The notes under the pieces are model-generated. The model searched no databases. It was not told where the DNA came from and saw nothing but the letters and a program-made list of their open reading frames with translations. The position numbers were made by a program, and so were the translations under genes. A stretch of 64,000 bases of DNA from Candidatus Levybacteria bacterium GW2011_GWA1_37_16 (GTDB lineage: Bacteria > Patescibacteriota > Microgenomatia > Levybacterales > UBA12049). Shown piece after piece: positions 49,701-59,394 of this stretch (its first letter is position 1; each line of letters begins with the position of its first letter). The stretch covers positions 14,731-78,730 of the forward strand of contig CALRGR010000001.1 in NCBI GenBank assembly GCA_943357985.1, written 5' to 3'.

Positions 49701-50445
49701 AATTGTAATGAGAGACGTAACGCAAGGTCTTCCGCGTGTTGAAGAACTTTTTGAAATGAGAACACCCAAGAATCTTTCTCCTGTTTCAGAAATTCCAGGA
49801 AGGGTAAAGATTGAAACAAATGACGAAGGTTATGTAATTACAGTAAGAAATAACAAGATGAAGCCAGCAGATGAGAGGGAATATTTTGTGCCTTTGGCTG
49901 CAGAATTAATTGTTAAAGACAGCCAAGACATAACTGCTGGAACTCCATTTGCGGCAGGATACCTTGATCCTAAGGAAATTCTTAAAATTAAGGGATTAAC
50001 AGATGCTCAGTTCTATATATTAAAAGAAGTTCAAAAAGTTTATGAATCTCAGGGAATTGCAATTTCAGACAAACATTTTGAAGTAATTCTTAGAAAAATG
50101 TCAGATAAGGTTATTGTTGAAACAGTTGGAGATGCATCGTTAATTCCAGGAGACTTTATAACTAAGTCTCGATTTGAAGAAATAAACGCGGAAGTGTTGT
50201 CTCAAGGTGGAGAACCGGCAACTGCAAGGCAAACGATACTTGGAATTACAAAGTCATCCCTATTCTCTGATTCATGGCTTTCTGCAGCTTCATTTCAGGA
50301 AACAACCAAAGTCTTAACAGAAGCAGCTCTTCAGGGACAGGAAGACAAGCTTATTGGACTTAAGGAAAATGTTATTATCGGCCGCCTTATTCCTGTTGAC
50401 TCCGGCCAGACCGGAATTGAAGGTCACGTCTCGGATGAGGTATAA
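46708..50445 (+). CDS. rpoC: RNA polymerase beta' subunit
   Basis: [41 protein letters not shown]; start MNNDNKK at 46708. Confidence 0.99.
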   Translation: MNNDNKKQKDITIVDFNALKIVLANQRDILDWSYGEVTKPETINYRTLRPEKDGLFDERIFGPTKDWECYCGKYKRIRHRGVVCDKCGVEVTLSRVRRERMGHIVLSSSVSHVWFSKGSSSPLSLILDIPQKALESVIYYASYIVIEVDDKKKKEALAEFAQNINDRKNIQKEELASEEKKINEELDKKKKETVTANSKKGEQKQLIDQELELTKRQKIAALTERIAAEEKKLDEISDALLRLLKSLQVGSVLSEDEYFKILEYDIPVFFTIKTGAEGILNLLSRVDLPGVIMQIREEIEKSKGQKYLKLIKRLRLIESMRKAGIDVSAMILGVLPVIPPDLRPMVQLAGGRFATSDLNDLYRRVINRNNRLKHLISLGAPEIILRNEKRMLQESVDSLIDVSQRTSQIATSSLRSLSDMLRGKQGRFRQNLLGKRVDYSGRSVIVVGPQLKLSQCGLPKEMALEMFKPFVLREVILRGFAPNIKSAKRFIEKRPPEVFDILEEITKNHPVLLNRAPTLHKLGIQAFYPVLIEGAAIQLHPCVCTGYNADFDGDQMAVHIPLSVKAQEEAIELMMPKNNLLKPSDGSPITLPNKEMAVGVFYLTSMNEDLKKEDALVFVSDQEAILAHTLKKIALRQSIQLRVDNKIIETTVGRVLFNELLPEKMRFINESIKASGIKKIITEAIKTQTADEVEALIDGIKKLGFYASMISGISVSVFDNKMVPQKDGMIEVTNKKIKEIESEYQQGLITNEERKRLSNDAWFKTTDEIANLTWDNLKKENAIKLIIDSEGARAGKEQLKQLSAMRGLILDPLGKIVELPIKSNFREGLSIFEYVASARGSRKGLTDSALKTANAGYLTRRLVDVSHDVIIRQEDCGATVGITILRNEEEREASLSFRAMGRVAAVNVLSKTKKVILKAGEEITEEKAKEIEASDVSEVIVRSPLTCKLEYGICAKCYGWDFSVKTKVEQGVPVGVIAAQSIGEPGTQLTMRVRHFGGIVMRDVTQGLPRVEELFEMRTPKNLSPVSEIPGRVKIETNDEGYVITVRNNKMKPADEREYFVPLAAELIVKDSQDITAGTPFAAGYLDPKEILKIKGLTDAQFYILKEVQKVYESQGIAISDKHFEVILRKMSDKVIVETVGDASLIPGDFITKSRFEEINAEVLSQGGEPATARQTILGITKSSLFSDSWLSAASFQETTKVLTEAALQGQEDKLIGLKENVIIGRLIPVDSGQTGIEGHVSDEV

Positions 50446-50456
50446 TACATACTCGT

Positions 50457-50951
50457 ATGCCAACATTATCACAGCTTGCTAAAAAAGGAAGAACTAAAAA
50501 GGTAAAGAAAATACGCTCAACTGCGATGCGGCGTTTTTATAATGCAAAAGAACAGCGCTACAAGAATTTGGTAGCACCTATGAAAAGAGGAGTTGTGACT
50601 TTAGTTAAAACAATGACTCCAAAAAAGCCAAACTCCGCACTTCGCAAAGTTGCGCGTGTGAGGCTTTCAAACCGTATGGAAGTTACAGCATATATTCAGG
50701 GAGTTGGACATAGTCTTTCCGAGCATGGAATCGTTTTGGTTCGTGGAGGAAGAGTTAAAGATTTACCGGGTGTTAAATACCACATAGTGCGTGGTAAATA
50801 TGACTTACTGGGAGTTGAAGGAAGAAAGACATCAAGAAGTAAATATGGAGCAAAAAGAAGCGGTGGAGGAGCAGCTGCTCCAAGAGTAGCAACAGGAACA
50901 CCAGCACCAGCAGCCGCCGAGGCGCCTGCGGCAGCCGCACCAACAGAATAA
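50457..50951 (+). CDS. rpsL: 30S ribosomal protein S12 (Ala/Pro C-terminal extension)
   Basis: [29 protein letters not shown]. Confidence 0.99.
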   Translation: MPTLSQLAKKGRTKKVKKIRSTAMRRFYNAKEQRYKNLVAPMKRGVVTLVKTMTPKKPNSALRKVARVRLSNRMEVTAYIQGVGHSLSEHGIVLVRGGRVKDLPGVKYHIVRGKYDLLGVEGRKTSRSKYGAKRSGGGAAAPRVATGTPAPAAAEAPAAAAPTE

Positions 50952-50952
50952 T

Positions 50953-51426
50953 ATGAGACACAAAAAAGTTAAAAAAAGAGAAACGGTCCCAGATAAGATT
51001 TACGGAAGCAGATTGGCTAGCAAGTTTATAAATTCCATGATGAAAGATGGAAAGAAGACTATTGCCGAAAATCTTTTTTATGATGCAATAAAGAGAATTG
51101 AGGAAAAAGAAAAGGACGCAATTTCATTATTTGAACGCGCGGTTGCAAATGTTGGTCCAAGACAGGAAATTAAACCCCGAAGAGTTGGAGGAGCATCTTA
51201 TCAAATTCCTATTGAAGTAAGAGGAGAAAGAAAAACATCCTTGGCTATCCGTTGGATAATTCTAGCTGCAAAAGCACGTCCAAATAAAGAATATCACACA
51301 TTTTCAGAAAAACTTGCAGCAGAACTTTTAGATGCAATTGAAAATAAAGGTGAAGCGGTAAAGAAAAGAGACACAGCCCACCGCATGGCAGAAGCAAATA
51401 AGGCTTTTAGTCATTTCCGCTGGTAA
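50953..51426 (+). CDS. rpsG: 30S ribosomal protein S7
   Basis: RRVGGASYQIP, HRMAEANKAFSHFRW. Confidence 0.99.
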   Translation: MRHKKVKKRETVPDKIYGSRLASKFINSMMKDGKKTIAENLFYDAIKRIEEKEKDAISLFERAVANVGPRQEIKPRRVGGASYQIPIEVRGERKTSLAIRWIILAAKARPNKEYHTFSEKLAAELLDAIENKGEAVKKRDTAHRMAEANKAFSHFRW

Positions 51427-51470
51427 AGTCTCACTTGTCTAAATCTTACTCTTAGGTATTTAATAGAAGC

Positions 51471-51692
51471 ATGAATACAGAAACCCCACATAATATAACT
51501 ACTTAGGAAATTTTTGTTGATCGATGGGTTGCTCGTGAGATAGCTAGGAATGGTAAACCACTAAGGATAGTTAATCCTACCTTGAGACTTGTCTATCAAC
51601 ATGAGGCTATAAAGTCCGTTGGGACTAGTCGAAGAGGTTCAAGTTAAAACACAGACCGAAAAGTTATAGAATTTCCTACGCCCTTGGTCTAA
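51471..51692 (+). pseudogene. Small ORF with two in-frame stops
   Basis: MNTETPHNITT*EIFVDRWVAREIARNGKPLRIVNP...RRGSS*NTDRKVIEFPTPLV; fills the rpsG-PPIase gap. Confidence 0.4.
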
Positions 51693-51697
51693 ACGTA

Positions 51698-52300
51698 TTA
51701 TTCTACACTGACTTCTAGGATTTTGTCGCCGACAACTATATTTTTTACTACGTCCATTCCTTTTGTAACTTTTCCAAAAATTGTGTAATTGTTCGGCAAG
51801 GCATTATCTGCAAGCATTATAAAAAACTGGCTGCCGTTTGTATTAGGCCCGGAATTTGCCATAGCAACTACGCCCTCTTTATAACCTGCTTTATAACTTG
51901 GCGTATTTGGATTTAATTCATCTTCAAATTTTGCTCCATAGATTGAAGTTCCTCCGGTTCCATTTCCATTTGGGTCTCCGCCTTGGATTACAAAGTTTGG
52001 TTCAACGCGGTGGAAAGTTAAATTATTGTAATATCCTCTTTTTGACAGTGTTGCAAAATTTGTGACTGTTTTAGGCGCATCCTGCGGATACAATTCTATC
52101 TCGATAATGCCCTTTGCGGTGGTTATTGTCGCTTTCTTCGCGGAAATAAAATCATTTGGAGTTGGGGTTGGTGTGGGAGTTGTAGTTGTCATGTTTGTTA
52201 AATCCGCTTGACTTGGTTTAATACTTTGGTTGCCAAGCATGGCTACTCCAAAATATCCTAGAATCGCTACTGCCAAGACTATAATAACAGCTTTCATCAT
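51698..52300 (-). CDS. Cyclophilin-type peptidyl-prolyl isomerase with N-terminal signal/TM
   Basis: APKTVTNF, FHRVEPNFVIQGGDP, AMANSGPNTNGSQFFI, YTIFGKV; start moved to MMKAVII. Confidence 0.93.
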   Translation of the reverse strand: MMKAVIIVLAVAILGYFGVAMLGNQSIKPSQADLTNMTTTTPTPTPTPNDFISAKKATITTAKGIIEIELYPQDAPKTVTNFATLSKRGYYNNLTFHRVEPNFVIQGGDPNGNGTGGTSIYGAKFEDELNPNTPSYKAGYKEGVVAMANSGPNTNGSQFFIMLADNALPNNYTIFGKVTKGMDVVKNIVVGDKILEVSVE

Positions 52301-52350
52301 TTGATACTTTGTTATTTTGCCAGAAATAAAAATCAATTTCAATAGCCTAA

Positions 52351-52417
52351 TTGATTGAGTACGGCTAGTGTGGTATAATTTTTGTGTCTTCCCGCAAGAT
52401 CTGGGGAAGATTTTTTT
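52351..52417 (+). promoter_or_regulatory. fusA promoter with leader hairpin plus T7
   Basis: TTGATT-17-TATAAT (52374-52379, TG extension); tcttccc-N10-gggaaga then T7 at 52387-52417. Confidence 0.65.
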
Positions 52418-52438
52418 CATCCAAAGGATGATTGACAT

Positions 52439-54556
52439 ATGGCTGCAACAAACAGAAATTTTACATTAGATAAAATTAGAAATATTGGTATTATTGCCCA
52501 CATTGATGCGGGTAAAACTACAACTACGGAACGTATCCTTTATTACACAGGAAAAACCTACAAAATCGGAGATATTGATGAAGGAAATACTCAGATGGAC
52601 TGGATGGAGCAGGAAAAAGAGCGTGGTATTACTATTGTATCTGCTGCTACAACCGCTTTTTGGAAAGAGCACAGAATAAATATTATAGACACCCCAGGAC
52701 ACGTTGACTTTACAGCAGAAGTTGAAAGGTCACTTAGAGTTTTGGATGGTGGAATTACAGTTTTAGACGCAGAAGAAGGAGTTCAATCCCAATCTGAGAC
52801 TGTCTGGAGACAGGCAGATAAATATAAAGTTCCAAGACTTTGCTTTGTAAACAAAATGGATAAGCTTGGAGCTGATTTTTTGGCAACAATAAAAAGTATT
52901 GAGGATAGGCTTGGTGCAAATCCCGCAATTATGGTCTTGCCAATTGGAGTAGAGCATACTTTTAAGGGAACAGTAGATCTTCTAACTCAGCAATGTTTTA
53001 TTTGGGGATCGGATGATTTGGGAGCAGAATTTGAAACAACAGATAAGATTCCAGAAGATATGAAAGCTCAAGTTGCAGAGTACCGCAGCAAGCTTATTGA
53101 AAAAATTGCAGAAACAGATGACGCACTCCTCGAGAAATATTTGGCAGGAGAGGAGCCAAGCGTAGATGAATTAAGAGCAGCGCTAAGACGTGCAGTTATT
53201 GCCTATAAATTAGTTCCAATTTATGCAGGATCTTCCCTTCGCAACAAAGGTGTTCAGCCACTTTTGGATGCTGTTATTGACTACCTTCCTTCTCCTTTAG
53301 ATACCTCGTCTGCAAAGGGAAATGGAATAAATCCTAAAACAGGTGAGGTAGTTGAGAGAGCGCCTGATCCAAAAGGACCCTTTGCTGGGCTTGCTTTTAA
53401 AATTCAAATAGATCCTCATGTAGGAAAACTTACATATTTTAGAGTTTATTCAGGAACATTTGAATCCGGTTCTTATATTTACAATAGCTCAAAAAATACA
53501 AGAGAAAGAGTCGGCCGTATACTTTTAATGCACGCAAACACAAGAGAAGAAATAAAAGAAGCAACAGCCGGGGAAATTGTTGCTTTGGTTGGACTAAAAG
53601 AAACAACAACCGGAGATACTCTTTGTGATGAGGCAAATCCAATAGTTTTGGAAAAAATTACATTTCCTGAGCCAGTTATCTCTCTTGCAATTGAGCCTAA
53701 AACAAAGTCAGACCAAGAGAAACTCGGGTTTTCTCTTAAAAGACTTATGGAAGAAGATCCAACTTTTACTGTTAAAACAAATCATGAGACAGGACAGACA
53801 ATTATCTCAGGAGTCGGAGAACTTCAGCTTGAAATTATGGTTGATAGAATGAAAAGAGAATTTGGAGTTTTGGCAAATGTTGGAGCGCCTCAAGTTGCTT
53901 ACAAAGAAACTATTGCACAGGAAGCGCAAGCCGAAGGAAAATATATTAAGCAAAGTGGTGGACGCGGACAATATGGGCATTGTTTCCTTCGAGTTACACC
54001 AAAGCCCCGTGGTGAAGGATATGAATTTGTCAATGCAATTAAAGGCGGAGCAATTCCTGCTGAATTTATAAAAGCGGTTGCCAAAGGTATTGTTGAGGCT
54101 ATGGAAAACGGAATTCTTTTGGGATATCCCTTGGTAGATATGGCAGTTACATGTTATGACGGAAGCTATCATGATGTTGATTCATCTGAAATTGCTTTTA
54201 AAATTGCTGCATCTCAAGCTCTTCAAGCAGCAACCAGAAAAGCAGAGCTAAGACTTTTGGAGCCTATTATGAAAGTTGAAGTTACAACTCCATCTCAATT
54301 TTTAGGAGATGTGATTGGAGATCTGTCTGCAAAAAGAGGACAAATTATTAGCACAGAAGAAAGAAGCAAGGCGACGATTGTTTTAGCATCTGTTCCTCTT
54401 GCAGAGCTTTCTGGATATGCAACGACACTTAGAAGCATGTCTCAAGGTCGTGCTTCTTACTACATGGAGCCATCGCATTATCAAGAAGTCCCACAAAATA
54501 TAGTAGCGGAAATGCTTGAAAAGTCTACATTTACAGGCCGCATCAACGCCCAGTAA
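52439..54556 (+). CDS. fusA: Elongation factor G
   Basis: [46 protein letters not shown]. Confidence 0.99.
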   Translation: MAATNRNFTLDKIRNIGIIAHIDAGKTTTTERILYYTGKTYKIGDIDEGNTQMDWMEQEKERGITIVSAATTAFWKEHRINIIDTPGHVDFTAEVERSLRVLDGGITVLDAEEGVQSQSETVWRQADKYKVPRLCFVNKMDKLGADFLATIKSIEDRLGANPAIMVLPIGVEHTFKGTVDLLTQQCFIWGSDDLGAEFETTDKIPEDMKAQVAEYRSKLIEKIAETDDALLEKYLAGEEPSVDELRAALRRAVIAYKLVPIYAGSSLRNKGVQPLLDAVIDYLPSPLDTSSAKGNGINPKTGEVVERAPDPKGPFAGLAFKIQIDPHVGKLTYFRVYSGTFESGSYIYNSSKNTRERVGRILLMHANTREEIKEATAGEIVALVGLKETTTGDTLCDEANPIVLEKITFPEPVISLAIEPKTKSDQEKLGFSLKRLMEEDPTFTVKTNHETGQTIISGVGELQLEIMVDRMKREFGVLANVGAPQVAYKETIAQEAQAEGKYIKQSGGRGQYGHCFLRVTPKPRGEGYEFVNAIKGGAIPAEFIKAVAKGIVEAMENGILLGYPLVDMAVTCYDGSYHDVDSSEIAFKIAASQALQAATRKAELRLLEPIMKVEVTTPSQFLGDVIGDLSAKRGQIISTEERSKATIVLASVPLAELSGYATTLRSMSQGRASYYMEPSHYQEVPQNIVAEMLEKSTFTGRINAQ

Positions 54557-54602
54557 TAACCTCGTTTGTGTTTTGCCTAAGAAATATCCTATAATGGCTT
54601 TT

Positions 54603-55562
54603 ATGGCGCAAATTCACGAAATTGGTCCTCGGATTGACGCAACACATTCTCCAATTACCACAGACGTTACGCTTGAAGAAATATCTAGAATTGTTAGACC
54701 AGGTTCTTTCGATAGGATACATGAAATATTTTATGAGTTAGGAGCTATTCCTCGAGGTGAACAATTAGTGTTTAATAATCCACCTATAAAGCATGAGAGA
54801 GGAGGAAAAGTTTCTGGTTTTGTGTATCCTTATCAAAGAGATCATGGAGAAAATGAATTGCTGGTATCATGGGGGCAAGCTACTAAACGGAGCTTGCCGC
54901 ATTTTCATTTACATCCCGACGGTATAACTGATGTAAGTGAGATATATCATTGGGTTGATGGTAAAGCAAAATTAAATATGGAGGGAGATGAAGTTGATCT
55001 AAGCGAAGAAAATCCAGTTGTGATTGTTCCTCCGGGGGTTAAGCATCAACTTAGCACAGACAATTTTTCTCTCACTGTTATAGAAATGGTAAATATAGCG
55101 AAGATTCCAGAAGAAGATCGGCATAGAGGTCCAAAAGAAGTTCTAATCTCTTCTGAATTGCACCGGGCAATAGGAGTTGATTTCCGCGATGATGTGAAAT
55201 GGGCAATAGGAGGGGTAGCTGAGGATAGAGAATTTAACGAACCTTTATATCGGTATGATGGACAAGACCATATATTTATTTTTGAAGGAATTTTAGGCAA
55301 TCAGTATGTTGAAGCATTTATTCTTCCTCCTAATAGCGAAGTTAATCAGCGCGAAAGAAAAAAATTCAGACAATATCGTGTAATAAGAGGCAAGATGACC
55401 TTGGACATAGACGGAAAATTTCAGGAAGTCGATGCTGTTGATGCTAAATCCGTTCCATCAGATCAACATAGAATATATACAAGCGACAAGCCCGCATTAA
55501 TTATTAGTAGATCGATAATTGGTCCCTCTATCAAAAAAGAACCAAGGCATTTGGATCATTGA
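54603..55562 (+). CDS. Hypothetical protein with one clear and one degenerate cupin domain
   Basis: PHFHLH...SEIYHWVDGKAKL...VIVPPGVKHQL; second YRVIRGKMTLDIDG...VPSDQHRI; TATAAT 7 nt upstream of ATG 54603. Confidence 0.7.
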   Translation: MAQIHEIGPRIDATHSPITTDVTLEEISRIVRPGSFDRIHEIFYELGAIPRGEQLVFNNPPIKHERGGKVSGFVYPYQRDHGENELLVSWGQATKRSLPHFHLHPDGITDVSEIYHWVDGKAKLNMEGDEVDLSEENPVVIVPPGVKHQLSTDNFSLTVIEMVNIAKIPEEDRHRGPKEVLISSELHRAIGVDFRDDVKWAIGGVAEDREFNEPLYRYDGQDHIFIFEGILGNQYVEAFILPPNSEVNQRERKKFRQYRVIRGKMTLDIDGKFQEVDAVDAKSVPSDQHRIYTSDKPALIISRSIIGPSIKKEPRHLDH

Positions 55563-55608
55563 CCATTTTACCCGCACTTATACCCTCAGAGCAAGTAAGA
55601 GCTATTAG

Positions 55609-55753
55609 ATAGAATTTTATCTTTATTCTGATAGTAGCTATAAGGGTTGGGAAACAGCAAAGCATGCAGCCGAAAGAACAATACGTGTAGTCTCTCATAT
55701 TATGGATGACAATGTTGGGAAAACCGTAGCAATTATTGGACATGGAGCAGTCG
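55609..55753 (+). pseudogene. Histidine phosphatase (phosphoglycerate mutase family) fragment
   Basis: EFYLYSDSSYKGWETAKHAAERTIRVVSHIMDDNVGKTVAIIGHGAV; no N-terminal RHG motif; similarity ends at the IS boundary. Confidence 0.6.
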
Positions 55754-56229
55754 TGTCTAGACCGCGATACATTGAGAACGGTTTAAGTACAAATTAAAGG
55801 AGCTTACAGTGGCTCGTATATGCGAGCCTACACAATACTTCCAGTTAATGTTATTCGTACTGCCGATCTTTCAAAGATGCTCTTAAGAGACTATACTGGA
55901 TGGATTGGTACCAAGCTCATGGTAAGAATGCCGAAGGTACCTGTAGGCATTTTGGTATCTCCAAAAGTGTATTTTACCGCTGGAAGAATCGATACAAGCC
56001 CTACAATCTTAAAACCCTTGAGGATGACAAGAGCAGCAGAAGACCACATAAAGTGCGGGAGATGACAACAGCACCAGCTGTTCTTGCGCGTATCTATGAT
56101 ATTCGCTTTCTCGATCGGGAGAAGAGTAAGTACGAAATCCAGGAAGAGCTAAAACGGGAAGGTATTATCTGTGGCCGCTCAGCAATCCAGAAGGTTATTA
56201 ACCGCCATGGAAAACTTCTTCGTATTTAA
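55754..56229 (+). mobile_element. IS481-family remnant (frameshifted, truncated transposase)
   Basis: Begins TGT; MRAYTILP...LSK then frameshift into DALKRLYWMDWYQAHGKNAEGTCRHFGISKSVFYRWKNRY...LEDDKSSRRPHK HTH; stops before any DDE domain. Confidence 0.75.
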
Positions 56230-56403
56230 AAGGTAATCAAAGCGAACAAGAGTACGCCAAAGGTGTTTTAGATTTCTATGAGGGTCTTGGTCTAGATCGG
56301 GATCAAATTTTGACTTTGGCTAAGCAGCAAAATGAAGCGACTGTGCCTGTACCGGCCCAATAGATAAACTTCCAGTTAAAAAATCGGTGTAAAATGGAAT
56401 TAG

Positions 56404-56652
56404 ATGCAACCCTTTCTAATTTTTTTTGGCGAACTTGTCTTTCTGTTTTTTCTTTCCAAAATTTTAATCGCGGATTTGGGCCAGCTGCTGCTTAGAGTAA
56501 CTAAAAGCAGGAAGTGGTCTATATATATTCTTTCGTTTTTGTTTTTGCCCGGTACCGCCCATGAAATTAGAACAGAAAGCTTTGCATTAAATATAATCAT
56601 AATGAGAAATGTAACTTCTATTCCTAAGGATCGTAGACACATTTCTGTATAA
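56404..56652 (+). pseudogene. Truncated membrane metallopeptidase-like ORF
   Basis: Two TMs ending LFLPGTAHE, resembling the PGTxxHExxH of M50-like proteins but cut off, then unrelated sequence. Confidence 0.45.
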
Positions 56653-56671
56653 AGTCGTTGTATTTTCCCTC

Positions 56672-56700
56672 TTGACGCAGGCATATAAATGTTGTATATT
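56672..56700 (+). promoter_or_regulatory. tuf promoter
   Basis: TTGACG-17-TATATT. Confidence 0.7.
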
Positions 56701-56737
56701 AAATTAAGCCTTTTTGAGAGGTTTTTATTTTTAATAT

Positions 56738-57925
56738 ATGGCAGAAGCAGCAAAATATCAAAGAACAAAACCACATTTAAATATTGGTACCATTGGTCAC
56801 GTTGACCATGGAAAGACCACATTAACCGCAGCTATTACAACCGTTCTTTCTAAAAAGGGAATGGCGACAGCTAAAAAATATGAAGATATTGATAATGCTC
56901 CAGAGGAAAGAGCTCGTGGAGTTACTATTAATATTTCCCACCAGGAATACGAAACAGAAAAAAGACACTACGCTCACATTGACGCTCCAGGTCACGCAGA
57001 TTATGTTAAAAACATGATTACGGGTGCCGCTCAAATGGACGGTGCAATTCTGGTAGTTTCTGCTCCAGACGGTCCAATGCCTCAGACAAGAGAGCATATT
57101 TTACTTGCACGCCAGGTTGGAGTTCCTTCAATTGTAGTTTTCCTTAACAAATGCGATATGGTTGACGACGAAGAGCTTTTAGATTTGGTTGAAATGGAAA
57201 TCCGCGAACTTCTTACAAAATACCAATACCCGGGAGCTGAAACACCAATTATAAGAGGTAGTGCTCTTAAAGCTTTAGAGGGCGACCCAGAAGCAGAAAA
57301 ACAGATTATGGCACTTATGGATAAGGTTGACGAATATATTCCAACCCCAGTAAGAGACACAGATAAGCCATTCTTGATGCCTGTTGAAGACGTTTTTTCA
57401 ATTAAAGGACGCGGAACAGTTGTAACCGGAAGAATTGAAAGAGGAAAGATTAAAATAAACGAAACAGTTGAAATTGTTGGAATTAAAGCCACAAAATCTT
57501 CTGTTGTAACAGGAGTTGAAATGTTTAAGAAACAACTTGAAGATGGTCAAGCCGGAGACAATGTTGGACTTTTGCTCCGTGGAGTTGAAAAAGCAGATGT
57601 AGAACGTGGACAAGTTATCGCAAAACCAGGAAGCATTACTCCTCACACAGACTTTGAAGGAGAAATTTATATCTTGGCAAAAGAAGAAGGCGGACGTCAC
57701 ACACCTTTCTTTACAGGATATAGACCTCAATTTTATATCAGAACAACTGATGTAACAGGAGAAGTAACTCTTCCAACAGGCGTTGAAATGGTTATGCCAG
57801 GAGACAATACAAAAATGACTGCAAAGCTTATAGTGCCAGTTGCTTTGGAAGAAGGAGTTAGATTTGCAATTAGAGAAGGCGGAAAAACAGTTGGAGCAGG
57901 TGTTATTAGCAAGATACTCAAATAA
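56738..57925 (+). CDS. tuf: Elongation factor Tu
   Basis: [49 protein letters not shown]. Confidence 0.99.
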   Translation: MAEAAKYQRTKPHLNIGTIGHVDHGKTTLTAAITTVLSKKGMATAKKYEDIDNAPEERARGVTINISHQEYETEKRHYAHIDAPGHADYVKNMITGAAQMDGAILVVSAPDGPMPQTREHILLARQVGVPSIVVFLNKCDMVDDEELLDLVEMEIRELLTKYQYPGAETPIIRGSALKALEGDPEAEKQIMALMDKVDEYIPTPVRDTDKPFLMPVEDVFSIKGRGTVVTGRIERGKIKINETVEIVGIKATKSSVVTGVEMFKKQLEDGQAGDNVGLLLRGVEKADVERGQVIAKPGSITPHTDFEGEIYILAKEEGGRHTPFFTGYRPQFYIRTTDVTGEVTLPTGVEMVMPGDNTKMTAKLIVPVALEEGVRFAIREGGKTVGAGVISKILK

Positions 57926-57965
57926 GCTCGGAACACGATCTGAAGGTTTGCTCACATGGGCTTAG

Positions 57966-57984
57966 TCCTGAGCTTGCCGAAAGA
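57966..57984 (-). repeat. Family A element between tuf and rpsJ
   Basis: tcctgagcttgccgaaaga; reverse complement tctttcggcaagctcagga. Confidence 0.8.
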
Positions 57985-58032
57985 TCTTTTTTTTGCTAAA
58001 ATGCACATTACGCACTTTAAAAGGAGAAGCAT

Positions 58033-58341
58033 ATGCCAAAAGGAAGAATTAGAGTAAGACTAAAAAGTTACGACGCAAGGGTGATAGACCTTTGTTCTCA
58101 GCAAATTTTAGATACGGCAATAAGAACCGGAGCTAAAATCGTGGGCCCGGTACCTCTTCCAACCAGGCGAACAGTTTATGCAGTTAACCGCTCTCCTTTT
58201 ATAGATAAAGACGCACGTGACCACTTTGAAATGCGTGTCCACAAAAGACTTATTGATATAGTTTCCCCAACAGACAAAACAATTGATTCTTTAACCCACC
58301 TAGAACTCCCCGCCGGAGTTTCTATTGAGATCCGCATGTAG
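58033..58341 (+). CDS. rpsJ: 30S ribosomal protein S10
   Basis: [32 protein letters not shown]. Confidence 0.99.
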   Translation: MPKGRIRVRLKSYDARVIDLCSQQILDTAIRTGAKIVGPVPLPTRRTVYAVNRSPFIDKDARDHFEMRVHKRLIDIVSPTDKTIDSLTHLELPAGVSIEIRM

Positions 58342-58364
58342 TCTTCTCCTAGCCTTGTTCTCTA

Positions 58365-58505
58365 TTGCAATTAGGCAGGAGTTTAGATATAATTACCCTA
58401 GTTTAAGTCATGATAAACCTAAAGGAGGTTCCTTTGACTACATAAAGCTCATTTTTAGGAAAGTATTTTCCTGAAAACACGGCGGCTCTATGTAGCCGTT
58501 TTTTT
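58365..58505 (+). promoter_or_regulatory. Promoter and structured leader with terminator-like hairpin upstream of rplC
   Basis: TTGCAA-17-TATAAT (58388-58393); hairpin ttttaggaaa/tttcctgaaaa; ggcggct-ctatgt-agccgtt running into T7. Confidence 0.65.
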
Positions 58506-58512
58506 GGTTTTA

Positions 58513-58531
58513 TCCTTCGGCAGGCTCAGGA
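58513..58531 (+). repeat. Family A element just upstream of rplC start
   Basis: tccttcggcaggctcagga, identical to the dnaJ copy. Confidence 0.88.
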
Positions 58532-58542
58532 CTTAGTAAGAT

Positions 58543-59394
58543 ATGCAAGCAATAATTGGTCAAAAAGTCAGTCAAACACAGAAATTTTTGGAAGACGGAA
58601 GAAGAATCCCTGTAACAGAGATTATGATTTCCGGCGGAAATGTTGTTGTGCAGACAAGAACCGTTGGAAAAGAAGGATATAATTCAATTCAGCTTGGTTT
58701 TAAAAGCAAAAAAAATGGAAATAAGCCACTCATAGGACATGTAAAGAAAGCCTCACTTGATGAGGCTCCTCTTTTTTTAAGAGAGGTAGAGGTCGAGGGA
58801 GAAGATTTCCCTGAAATTGGAAGTGTAATCAAGGCCTCAGATGTTTTTAAGCCTGGAGACATAGTTGATGTGATTGGAATTTCAAAAGGAAAAGGATATG
58901 CGGGAGGAGTAAAAAGGCATCATTTTAAAGGTGGACCCAGAACTCACGGACAAAGTGACAGAGAAAGAGCGCCTGGATCTATTGGACAATCTACAACTCC
59001 GGGAAGAGTTTATAAAGGAAAAAGAATGGCAGGAAGAATGGGACATGAAAGAGTGACAGTTGCGAATTTACAAGTTGTTGAAGTGACAGATGATGGAGTT
59101 TTGATAAAAGGACTAGTTCCGGGAGGAGTTAATAATCTTATTATGATTAAAAAAGTTGGAGAATCTAAAAAATTTGTGCCTTTATACAAAGAGCCAAGTG
59201 AAGAACCAGAGGTATCGGCCGAGGAAGTCGTAGTTGAACCAGTTATCGAAAGTGTGAATGAAGCCGCCGGTAGCACTTCCGTTTCAGATGACGCTGCGCC
59301 AGTTATTGAGGAACCACCTGTAGTTTCAGAAGAAAAATCGGAGGAAACATCCCCCGACACTAAAGTTATGGAGGACAAGGAAAATGCCAGTTAA
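58543..59394 (+). CDS. rplC: 50S ribosomal protein L3 with acidic C-terminal extension
   Basis: SKGKGYAGGVKRH, RAPGSIG, PGRVYKGKRMAGRMG. Confidence 0.98.
   Translation: MQAIIGQKVSQTQKFLEDGRRIPVTEIMISGGNVVVQTRTVGKEGYNSIQLGFKSKKNGNKPLIGHVKKASLDEAPLFLREVEVEGEDFPEIGSVIKASDVFKPGDIVDVIGISKGKGYAGGVKRHHFKGGPRTHGQSDRERAPGSIGQSTTPGRVYKGKRMAGRMGHERVTVANLQVVEVTDDGVLIKGLVPGGVNNLIMIKKVGESKKFVPLYKEPSEEPEVSAEEVVVEPVIESVNEAAGSTSVSDDAAPVIEEPPVVSEEKSEETSPDTKVMEDKENAS
59260..59304 (+). repeat. Family D element in the L3 tail
   Basis: gaagccgccggtagcacttccgtttcagatgacgctgcgccagtt, similar to nusA 22750-22797. Confidence 0.8.

Noticed and set aside
50398-50418. Hairpin tccgg-ccaga-ccgga at the rpoC C-terminus (DSGQTGI) as a fifth element family
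   Set aside because: Single copy in the window with a 5-bp stem; cannot be supported without a genome-wide search
56289-56296. GGTCTAGA as right inverted repeat of the IS481 remnant
   Set aside because: Only 8 bp (six of them a self-palindrome), lacks the terminal ACA, and lies within an apparent unrelated coding fragment
57926-58032. tRNA or other ncRNA in the larger spacers (also 16199-16348 and 43126-43289)
   Set aside because: No cloverleaf, T-loop or CCA pattern; content is explained by promoters, hairpins and repeat copies
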